A DNA stretch of 64,000 nucleotides. Origin: a bacterium (GTDB lineage Bacteria > Verrucomicrobiota > Verrucomicrobiia > Opitutales > Opitutaceae). A program made the translations under genes and the position numbers. Location: contig RGVP01000001.1 in NCBI GenBank assembly GCA_010027235.1, forward strand, positions 573 through 64,572. The letters are read 5' to 3'. This document shows positions 56,522 to 64,000 of the stretch, in pieces; position 1 is the stretch's first letter, and every line of letters begins with the position of its first letter. The notes beneath the pieces are model-generated. The model made no database searches. It saw only the letters and a program-made list of their open reading frames with translations, and was not told where the DNA came from.

Positions 56522-57406
56522 ATGACGCCCCTACCAAACTGGCTTCGGCCGCTTTATCCGTTCACACCGTATTCGTTTACTACGCCACGCGGCGCACGCC
56601 TCAGTTACCTCGACGAGGGTGGCGTGGGATCCCCCGAGGCGGTGTTAATGCTACACGGCAACCCCACTTGGTCTTTCTACTTCCGCGATCTGGTAAAAAC
56701 GCTCGCCTCGCGTTTGCGCTGCATCGTCCCAGACCACATCGGCATGGGCCTTTCGGAGAAGCCGCAGGACTACTCTTATACCTTAGAAACCCGGATAGCA
56801 GACATCGCCGCTTTGGTGGCTAACCTCGGTTTGAAGCGTGTGCATTTAGTGGTTCACGACTGGGGCGGCGCGATCGGCTTCGGTTTTGCCGCCAAACATC
56901 CTGAACTAATTGGCCGTATCGTAATTTTAAATACTGGGGCTTTTCCTTCATCGAGTATCCCGGCGCGCATCGCTCTCTGTAAAACTAAGTTTCCCGGCAC
57001 CGCGCTCGTCCGGGGGCTCAATGGCTTCGCGAGTCCGGCAGTCTGGATGTCTATGGCTCGTCGCAGTCTCAGTCCGGAGGAAAAGCGCGCCTACCTGCTA
57101 CCCTACGACTCTTGGGGCAATCGCGTGGCGATCGATGCCTTCGTAAAAGATATCCCCATGGATTCCGCTCACCCGAGTTGGCCTACTTTAAAGGAGGTCG
57201 AAGCTGGCCTCGCTCGGTTCAGGGAAACCCCCGTCCTCATAATCTGGGGTGGGCGGGACTTCTGCTTTCATGATGGTTTCTACGCCGAGTGGCGACGGCG
57301 CTTGCCTGGATCGGATGCCCATTATTTAGCCGATGCCGGTCACTATGTTTTGGATGACGCGCGAGAAGAAGTCCTGCCTAGGTTAGCAAATTTCTTCCGA
57401 GTCTGA
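56522..57406 (+). CDS. Alpha/beta hydrolase of the haloalkane-dehalogenase-like family (OleB-like)
   Basis: Contains LMLHGNPTWSFYFRDL, VVHDWGGAIGFGFA (nucleophile Asp) and DAGHYVLDD (His). Confidence 0.8.
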   Translation: MTPLPNWLRPLYPFTPYSFTTPRGARLSYLDEGGVGSPEAVLMLHGNPTWSFYFRDLVKTLASRLRCIVPDHIGMGLSEKPQDYSYTLETRIADIAALVANLGLKRVHLVVHDWGGAIGFGFAAKHPELIGRIVILNTGAFPSSSIPARIALCKTKFPGTALVRGLNGFASPAVWMSMARRSLSPEEKRAYLLPYDSWGNRVAIDAFVKDIPMDSAHPSWPTLKEVEAGLARFRETPVLIIWGGRDFCFHDGFYAEWRRRLPGSDAHYLADAGHYVLDDAREEVLPRLANFFRV

Positions 57407-57411
57407 AGGAG

Positions 57412-58968
57412 TCAGCTGCGCCCGTAAAGTTCACCTAATGCGCGTAGGTATTGGGCGGATTGGCGCTGGAGCGTAGCGAGCTCCGCCGTTGTGTAGCGCC
57501 ACTGCCAGTTGCCGGCGGCTATGCCGGGAGTATTGAACCGAGCCTTTCCGTCGAGGCTGAGTAAATCCTGAAGCGGTAGCACGGCGAGCCGACTGACTGC
57601 GGCATAGGCAGCTCGGATAAAATCCCACGAAATTTCCCGACCGTCGATCCGGAGGTAACGTCGCACATAGTCTGCTTCCGCAGATGTAGCTGCAGCATAC
57701 CAGCCGAGCGTGGTGTTGTTATCGTGAGTGCCGGGATACACGACTGAATTTGCCGTTAGATTGTGCGGCAGATAGAGGTTGGTTGCGTCGCCGCCAAAAG
57801 CGAATTGCAGGATAGTCATGCCTGGCAGACCACATGCGTCACGAAGTGTGCGCACACTCTCAAAGAGATCTCCAAGGTCTTCTGCAATCAGGCGGGCTTC
57901 GGGCAGGAAAGCGTGGACAGCGCGGAAAAAATCTAGTCCTGGCCCCTGTTTCCATACGCCCGCCTTGGCGGTCTTCTCCTCGGCAGGAATAGACCAGTAA
58001 GTATCGAAGGCTCGGAAATGGTCGATGCGCACTATATCGAAGAGCACAAAATTAGCGCGTAGACGTCGCAACCACCAGGCGTAGCCTTCGGTGGCGTGCA
58101 CCGTCCAATCGTAGAGCGGGTTGCCCCAAAGTTGTCCATCAGCGGAGAAGTAGTCGGGCGGCACTCCCGCGACGGCCAGCGGCAGCCCTGTTGTTTGATC
58201 AATTTGGAATAGGTCTGGTCGCGACCACACATCGGCGGAATCGCGGGCCACAAAAATTGGGGCATCGCCGATTAATTGAATTCCGCGCTCGGCGGCGGAA
58301 GACCGGACTAGAGACCATTGACCAAAGAACAGGTATTGGAAAAAGGCATGCGCCTCCGCTCGTTGCAGGACCGAGGCAGGCAGGGCGCGAGTCTTGATTC
58401 GTTGTTGGAAGCGATATTCGGCCGGCCAGAGCCACCAAGGCAATCCGTCGTGAAGATCCTTTAGCGCGAGGAACAGGGCGTAGCCCTCGAGCCAGTCAGC
58501 GTGGGTGGCGCGAAAAGCGGCAAAATCGCCGTAGGGTAGGTGACGGAATTTCCGTAATCGGGCGGCTTTATAGGCCTGGTGCAGCACTGGCCACTTCGTT
58601 ACATAAAGCCAGCCATAGTCTACGCGGTCGGTTGGCAAACGGCGTAAGTCATCCAAGTCTGAATTCTCGAGCAGACCGGCGGCGACTAAGGCATGGAGGT
58701 CGATCAGGTAGGGGTTGCCGGCGAAAGAGGAGAAACACTGGTAGGGCGAATCTCCGTAGCCGGTTGGTCCGAGCGGACAAAACTGCCAGTGTGAGATTCC
58801 CGCCTCTGTTAAAAAATCCAAAAAATGCACTGCCTGACCGTCGAGCACGCCTATGCCTTGATCGCTTGGAAGCGCAGTGGGGTGAAGCAAGACCCCGACG
58901 GCACGATTCTTTAGCCAATCAAACAAAGGCACCGAACCAGGCATGGAAGCAGGGTAGTGATTAGACAT
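57412..58968 (-). CDS. malQ: 4-alpha-glucanotransferase (amylomaltase, GH77)
   Basis: Contains RAVGVLLHPTALPS, GDSPYQCFSSFAGNPYLID, DLFQIDQTTGLPLAVAGVPPDYFSADGQLWGNPLYDW, VRIDHFRAF, IAEDLG and YPGTHDN. Confidence 0.9.
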   Translation of the reverse strand: MSNHYPASMPGSVPLFDWLKNRAVGVLLHPTALPSDQGIGVLDGQAVHFLDFLTEAGISHWQFCPLGPTGYGDSPYQCFSSFAGNPYLIDLHALVAAGLLENSDLDDLRRLPTDRVDYGWLYVTKWPVLHQAYKAARLRKFRHLPYGDFAAFRATHADWLEGYALFLALKDLHDGLPWWLWPAEYRFQQRIKTRALPASVLQRAEAHAFFQYLFFGQWSLVRSSAAERGIQLIGDAPIFVARDSADVWSRPDLFQIDQTTGLPLAVAGVPPDYFSADGQLWGNPLYDWTVHATEGYAWWLRRLRANFVLFDIVRIDHFRAFDTYWSIPAEEKTAKAGVWKQGPGLDFFRAVHAFLPEARLIAEDLGDLFESVRTLRDACGLPGMTILQFAFGGDATNLYLPHNLTANSVVYPGTHDNNTTLGWYAAATSAEADYVRRYLRIDGREISWDFIRAAYAAVSRLAVLPLQDLLSLDGKARFNTPGIAAGNWQWRYTTAELATLQRQSAQYLRALGELYGRS

Positions 58969-59108
58969 AATATTTATTGTGCGATAAAACGAACCATTTC
59001 AAAGCAGATCAATTGAACGCTCGTTAAATGCAATTTACATGCATCGGGGCAATGGGTCAGTCGACAAGTTGCCCTGAAATTGGTTGGCCTTGGTTTCAAA
59101 ATGAAATT

Positions 59109-61133
59109 TCAGCCGTATTTTTCTTTCAAAATGAGCGCGAGCCGACTTAAGAATTCTTCACTGGAGAAAGGCTTGGGGAGAAAGCATACGTCCTGCCGCT
59201 TAAGCGCTTCTTGTGTAGTGGGATCATCCACAAAGCCAGACATGTAAAACACTGGAAGATCAGGTTTAATTGATAGGATATTTTCGGCCAGCACGCGACC
59301 GTTGATACCAGGCATAACTATGTCGGTTATAAGCAGGTCGATTTCGTCGAGTCCGACGTTTCTGACGTAAACCAACGCCTCTTTGCTGCCGGCAAAGCTA
59401 ATCACTTGGTGGCCTTGAGATTGCGCCAGCATGATGGTGACTGCTCGCACGAGATCATCATCTTCTACCAGCATGATACGGACCGGTGCAGAGCAGGAGA
59501 TTTGCCGGGACTCAGCCACTGAATTAAGTAGCGGATCGGCAATCTCAGGCAGGTCCAAGTGGAAAACTGTGCCCTTACCTATTAGGGTTTCGAATGTTAG
59601 ACTGCCACCAAAGTTTTTAGCAATGGCCAAGCTGGTTGCTAGACCGAGCCCGGTGCCATGACCGCGCGCCTTGGTAGTAAAGAAAGGTTCAAAAATCCGT
59701 TTTTGAACCTCTGGTCGTATACCCGGACCAGAATCTGTAACAGATAAGCGAACTTTGCCGCCGCTTTCAGTGGTGTGTATGGAGACACTTAAGACCAACC
59801 GACCTTCCGTGGTCATAACATCACGGGCATTTAGACAAAGATTAAACAGAATCTGTTCAATCTGCTTGCGATCCGCGATACACCATGCTGGCCGATCAGC
59901 CAATTCGACGTCGATGCTCACGTGCTCACTCAAGAGGGAGCGAATAAATCCGCGCAGCTCATCTATGACCTGATTTAGGTCGAGACTCTCAGACTGGTGG
60001 ATTTCTTGTCGGCTAAAGGAAAGAAGTTGCCGGACCAAGTGACTCGCGCGGCTGGAGGCATGCAGAATGTCGTCTATTTTACTAAGCTGTGCCGGTTCGG
60101 TCAGCTCATCGCGCAGTAGGTCGGCGAAACAACGAATCGCGGTGAGAAGATTGTTAAAGTCATGGGCGACGCCACCGGCCAGCAGACCTACCGACTCCAT
60201 TTTCTGCACTTGCAAGGCGCGTTGCTCGCTCTCCCGTAGTTTGGCTTCGGCCCGCCGTCTCTCGTGCGCTATAGCTAATATACCGGCGAGGTCTCGGGCG
60301 TAGTGAATCGGGCCAATCGGCTCAGACTTGGACTCTCGGCAAAGGCCTATCAGGCAGCCGACTTTGGGATTTTGAGGATCGAGCGGAATGGCAATTGCTG
60401 CATTCCAGCCTTGCTCGACCAACCAGCTGGCAGAAAGCGGAAAATCCGAAGCATCGGAAGGGTATTCGAGCACGAATTCAGAAGCCAGTGAAACGATTGC
60501 AAGTTTGGGTGTGGTCTCATCGACCGCTAGCCCGAATTTAGCGACTATCTGCGGTGCTTCTTCCGCCTCGCCGAGAATCAATAAGGCAGCGGTTAACCCT
60601 AGATTTTCACAAAAAAGCCTGAGTGCTTCTTCATCCAGTTCTTTAGTCGTATTTTGCACTAGGGCTACCCGGCTAAAGTAGGTTAAAGAAGTCTGGCGTA
60701 GGGCAATGAGCGCAAGTTTTTGCTCATGTTCTTTCTGCGACTGAATATCAATCGATGTGCCGATATAACCTAGGGTCTGACCTTGGCCATCACGCCAAGG
60801 CTGGATGCGCTCCAGCATCCAGCGGAACGATCCGTCGGTTTGGCGCATACGAAACTCAAAAGTCGTCGGGCTACCTGCGAAGGTGGTGGTTTTGGCAATG
60901 ATACGACTGCGATCGTCTGGGTGCACCAGTTCGGTGAATGTTGTGACGTCCGCCTCATCCACCCTCACCCCTGTGGCTTCGCGCCAGGCGGCATTCGCGT
61001 GAAGCAGATTACCTTGGGTATCGGTCACCCAGACCAACGCTGGAGTAATGTCTAAAAACTGAGCCCAATCACTAGGGATGTTCGGTTTATTGGTTGTTTT
61101 GTTGTGTCCGTTTGCTTGGATAAAATACGGCAT
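59109..61133 (-). CDS. Hybrid sensor histidine kinase (PAS - GAF-like - HisKA - HATPase - receiver)
   Basis: PAS segment (ALVWVTDTQGNLLHANAAW), H-box GGVAHDFNNLLTAI, HATPase blocks (NLCLNARDVM, DSGPGI, GTGLGLA), and a C-terminal receiver (IMLVEDDD, LLITDIVMPG, LPKPF). Confidence 0.9.
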   Translation of the reverse strand: MPYFIQANGHNKTTNKPNIPSDWAQFLDITPALVWVTDTQGNLLHANAAWREATGVRVDEADVTTFTELVHPDDRSRIIAKTTTFAGSPTTFEFRMRQTDGSFRWMLERIQPWRDGQGQTLGYIGTSIDIQSQKEHEQKLALIALRQTSLTYFSRVALVQNTTKELDEEALRLFCENLGLTAALLILGEAEEAPQIVAKFGLAVDETTPKLAIVSLASEFVLEYPSDASDFPLSASWLVEQGWNAAIAIPLDPQNPKVGCLIGLCRESKSEPIGPIHYARDLAGILAIAHERRRAEAKLRESEQRALQVQKMESVGLLAGGVAHDFNNLLTAIRCFADLLRDELTEPAQLSKIDDILHASSRASHLVRQLLSFSRQEIHQSESLDLNQVIDELRGFIRSLLSEHVSIDVELADRPAWCIADRKQIEQILFNLCLNARDVMTTEGRLVLSVSIHTTESGGKVRLSVTDSGPGIRPEVQKRIFEPFFTTKARGHGTGLGLATSLAIAKNFGGSLTFETLIGKGTVFHLDLPEIADPLLNSVAESRQISCSAPVRIMLVEDDDLVRAVTIMLAQSQGHQVISFAGSKEALVYVRNVGLDEIDLLITDIVMPGINGRVLAENILSIKPDLPVFYMSGFVDDPTTQEALKRQDVCFLPKPFSSEEFLSRLALILKEKYG

Positions 61134-61192
61134 TGTAAGATAAAAACATTCGCTCTCGATCCGCGCGAGCGCGAAGAAAATGCGACTTTTTC

Positions 61193-62926
61193 ATGGCGGA
61201 ACTGTGTATCGAAAGTGCACACTCTAGCTTCATGTCGCAGACTTTCGCCCGCTCTGTCTTCGTCTTCACCCTGCTGTTTTTCGCAGCTTTCTTTTTTTGG
61301 CCTGTCTTTCAGATCCTGCGCGGAGGCTTCATGGACGCTGACGGCCACTTCACCCTAAGCACCCTTTCAGCCCTATTATCCGATCCTCTCTATCGCACTG
61401 GGTTGCTCAACTCCTTCTGGCTCGGTCTCGCCACCACCGTGTTCGCCTTCGCGATAGGCCTGCCTCTGGCGTTTATCAGCGATCGCTTTATATTTCCCGG
61501 CAAGACCGCCCTCGCCTCGGTCGTGCTCATCCCAATGATCCTGCCACCTTTCGTAGGTGCCATCGGGATCAAGCAGATTTTCGGTCAATACGGTGCTCTT
61601 AACGCTCTCCTTATTCAGCTCGGTGTCCGACCCGATGGCTGGACCTTCGACTGGTTCGCGGTCGCGCCGTTCTGGGGTATCGCCGCAGTCAATGCCCTAT
61701 CACTCTATCCCATTATTTATCTCAACTGCGCCGCCGCCCTAGCCAACGTTGACCCAGCCATGGAGGAGGCAGCTCAAAACCTTGGTTGCACCGGCCTGCG
61801 ACGATTCCGCCGCATCACCCTGCCGCTGATCCGCCCAGGTCTTTTCGCCGGCGGCACCATTGTCTTCATCGCTGGCTTTACCGAGCTGGGCGTGCCTCTT
61901 ATCTTCGACTACCCCCGAGTCACTTCCGTGCAGATATTTTACGGATTAAAGGACATCGGCGGCAATTCCGCCCCCTACGCGCTTGTTACTCTGCTGCTGC
62001 TATCCACCACGGCGCTCTATGCCGTCGGAAAGGGCCTGTTCGGACGCCAAGGCCATTCGATGATGGCCAAGGCTTCCTCAACCGGCGGAGCGCGCACTCT
62101 CGGCGTCGGGCCTGCCCTGCTCTGCACCACGCTCTTCGGTGGTATCACCGCGTTAGCCGTGCTGCCCCATCTCGGCGTGGTGCTGACTGCTTTCGCCACA
62201 GATTGGTATGCTGCGGTGCTACCATCCGGGTTCACTTTGGAAAATTTCAGTTTGGCCCTCGGCCACCCGCTGACGGTCGATGCCATTGGCAACTCACTCA
62301 AGTTCGCTGCCGCCAGCACCGTTATCGACATCGCCCTAGGCATCGCCATCGCCTATGTAATAGTGCGCTCCAAACTCGCCTGGGGCGGCCTGCTCGATGT
62401 TCTCGCGATGCTGCCTCTTGCCGTGCCCGGTCTGGTCATCGCCTTCGGCTACCTCGCCATGAGTCAGGAGGGACGCTTCTTTGCATTCCTAAATCCCGTG
62501 GCCAATCCCACGGTTCTACTGATCATCGCCTATTCGGTGCGTCGCTTACCTTATGTGGTGCGATCCGCTGTCGCCGGCTTCCAGCAGACCAGCGAAACCT
62601 TGGAGGAGGCCGCGCAAAACCTTGGCTGCCCTCCTTTGCGTGCTCTGCGCAAGATCACCCTTCCGTTGATCGCAGCGAATCTTATCGCCGGTGGGTTGCT
62701 TGCCTTTGCCTTCGCCATGCTGGAAGTTTCGGATTCTTTAATTCTCGCCCAGAAGCAAGCCTTTTACCCAATCACCAAGGCCATCCTGGAACTGTTCCAG
62801 CTACTCGGAGACGGTCAGTTCCTAGCCAGCGCGCTCGGCGTCTGGGCCATGACCTTTCTCGGCATCTGCATCGTCGGGCTCAGTCTGGTGCTAGGCAAAA
62901 AACTCGGCGCCATCTTCCGGGTCTGA
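61193..62926 (+). CDS. Two-domain ABC transporter permease (iron(III)/thiamine-type, FbpB-like)
   Basis: About 12 TM helices and two EAA loops (EEAAQNLGCTGLRRFRRITLPLI and EEAAQNLGCPPLRALRKITLPLI). The likely start is ATG 61232 (MSQTFARS). Confidence 0.85.
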   Translation: MAELCIESAHSSFMSQTFARSVFVFTLLFFAAFFFWPVFQILRGGFMDADGHFTLSTLSALLSDPLYRTGLLNSFWLGLATTVFAFAIGLPLAFISDRFIFPGKTALASVVLIPMILPPFVGAIGIKQIFGQYGALNALLIQLGVRPDGWTFDWFAVAPFWGIAAVNALSLYPIIYLNCAAALANVDPAMEEAAQNLGCTGLRRFRRITLPLIRPGLFAGGTIVFIAGFTELGVPLIFDYPRVTSVQIFYGLKDIGGNSAPYALVTLLLLSTTALYAVGKGLFGRQGHSMMAKASSTGGARTLGVGPALLCTTLFGGITALAVLPHLGVVLTAFATDWYAAVLPSGFTLENFSLALGHPLTVDAIGNSLKFAAASTVIDIALGIAIAYVIVRSKLAWGGLLDVLAMLPLAVPGLVIAFGYLAMSQEGRFFAFLNPVANPTVLLIIAYSVRRLPYVVRSAVAGFQQTSETLEEAAQNLGCPPLRALRKITLPLIAANLIAGGLLAFAFAMLEVSDSLILAQKQAFYPITKAILELFQLLGDGQFLASALGVWAMTFLGICIVGLSLVLGKKLGAIFRV

Positions 62927-62985
62927 ACTAGCGCCTGTCCAGGAGCACTCGTCTGACATAATCATCTGGTCTCCATCTAACCTGC

Positions 62986-64000
62986 ATGAAGTCCCCTGCC
63001 CTCTTCCTGTTTTTAGCCACGATCTTACCCTGCCTATTGGGCCAGAGCGCTCATGCGACTGACGCCGCTTCCGTTGCAAGTGTAGCTTCGCCCGCGGCCG
63101 CATTGAGCCCGCCGCTACGTGAGCCTGCGGCGATTCTCGCCCTGCTTGAGCGCGCCTGCAACTGGCATCTCGCTTGGGCGGATCCGCGTCCCGCCCAACA
63201 CTGGACGCGTGCCACTGGATTTGCCGGGGTTTCCGCACTCGCCACCCTATCGGCCAACCCCGACTACGAACGCGCGCTCCTCGAAATGGCCGAAGCGAAT
63301 GCTTGGTCGCTCGGTCCCCGCCGCTACCACGCAGACGACCATCTAATCGGCCAGACCTACCTTGAACTCTACGCCCGTCACCACGACTCCCGTATGATCG
63401 CTCCGCTGCGCGCCTCCTTCGACGCAATTCTCGCTGAGCCCAAGGTCGGCGATCTTAAACACGTTAAACCAAACCGAGGCGACCGCTGGACTTGGTGTGA
63501 TGCCCTTTTTATGGCCCCCGCGACGTGGGCTGGCCTCGCTGCTTTGACTGGCGAAAAGGCCTATCTTGATTTTATGCTCCGCGAATGGCGGGCGACCGAC
63601 GACTACCTCTACGATCCGATCGAAAAACTATATTATCGGGACGATCGTTTTTTTGAAAAAAGGGAAGAAAACGGTCAGAAAGTCTTTTGGAGTCGTGGTA
63701 ACGGCTGGGTTCTCGCCGGCTACGCCCGCCTTTTGCCGCTGATACCGAACGATCACCCCGAACGTCCGCGCCTGATCGCGCGTTTCCGTGAATTCGCTAC
63801 CCGCATCCGAGATAATCAACCAGTGGACGGTCTCTGGCGCAGCAGCCTGCTCGATCCCGCCCGCTATCCCGAAGCGGAGACGAGCGGTTCTGGCTTATTT
63901 TGTTATGCCTTCGCTTGGGGTATAAACAACGGCGTGCTTGATCGCGAAACCTTCGCTCCTGCCGCGCTACGCGCCTGGGATGCGCTTGCCGCCCACGTTC
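62986..64000 (+). CDS. GH105/GH88-family unsaturated glycuronyl/rhamnogalacturonyl hydrolase; gene runs off the right edge
   Basis: Own translation from ATG 62986: signal peptide MKSPALFLFLATILPCLLGQSAHA, then WTWCDALFMAP, FWSRGNGWVLAG, DGLWRSSLLDP and ETSGSGLFCYAF. It is missing from the ORF track because no stop lies in the window. Confidence 0.75.
   Translation, partial: MKSPALFLFLATILPCLLGQSAHATDAASVASVASPAAALSPPLREPAAILALLERACNWHLAWADPRPAQHWTRATGFAGVSALATLSANPDYERALLEMAEANAWSLGPRRYHADDHLIGQTYLELYARHHDSRMIAPLRASFDAILAEPKVGDLKHVKPNRGDRWTWCDALFMAPATWAGLAALTGEKAYLDFMLREWRATDDYLYDPIEKLYYRDDRFFEKREENGQKVFWSRGNGWVLAGYARLLPLIPNDHPERPRLIARFREFATRIRDNQPVDGLWRSSLLDPARYPEAETSGSGLFCYAFAWGINNGVLDRETFAPAALRAWDALAAHV

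Noticed and set aside
61786-62931. 381-aa same-strand alternative-frame ORF inside the ABC permease gene; likewise 35502-36230 inside the 702-aa ORF
   Set aside because: The translations are Arg/His/Pro/Ser-rich with no motifs. The overlapping frames encode a coherent 12-TM permease with two EAA loops, and a long ORF of ordinary composition with no recognisable motifs, respectively.
1-64000. Scan for CRISPR arrays, tRNA/rRNA genes, IS elements, integrases and long terminal or inverted repeats
   Set aside because: I saw no regularly spaced direct repeats, tRNA-like T-arm or acceptor signatures in the few intergenic gaps, transposase or integrase-like translations, or repeat-flanked segments.

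Overview
High-GC bacterial chromosomal segment. The gene content (TonB-dependent receptor, LolCD, GH43/GH77/GH105 hydrolases, flagellar L and P rings) points to a Gram-negative organism. It may be an Opitutales-like member of the Verrucomicrobiota, but that is inference only. No rRNA, tRNA, CRISPR array, transposase or integrase was recognised.

The centrepiece is a 16.7 kb flagellar supercluster on the + strand (12081-28711), packed into two operon-like blocks:
- flhB-flhA-flhF-orf111-fliA-motA-motB-orf89
- flgF-flgG-flgA-flgH-flgI-flgJ(rod-binding)-flgN-flgK-flgL-fliW-csrA-flagellin

Each block is preceded by a sigma-54-type -24/-12 motif that almost abuts the start codon.

Left flank: a partial sigma-70 factor, a TPR membrane protein, GH43, a divergent TonB-receptor/COG0523 pair (zinc-limitation type), an orphan receiver protein, and a two-component pair. 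In that pair the kinase is split by a frameshift in an A6 tract, and the LuxR-type regulator carries a C-terminal DUF1328-like membrane tail.

Right flank: mostly housekeeping genes (lipA-lipB, lysS, lolCD-like, aas-like, rimO, folB-folK-pabB-pabC plus two methyltransferases, clpP, sucCD, malQ).

The candidates I consider most novel are:
- an overlapping ABC-type ATPase plus Toprim/DUF4276-like gene pair (38785-40466), resembling split OLD/PARIS/AbiL-type defence modules
- a non-canonical OleA/OleB-like lipid module fused to FabZ/FabI-like genes (54151-57406)
- a degenerate FlhF with no FlhG
- an unannotated 40-aa lysine-rich protein with its own terminator (44245-44367)

All calls rest on reading the translations and on motifs recalled from memory. 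No database search was run.
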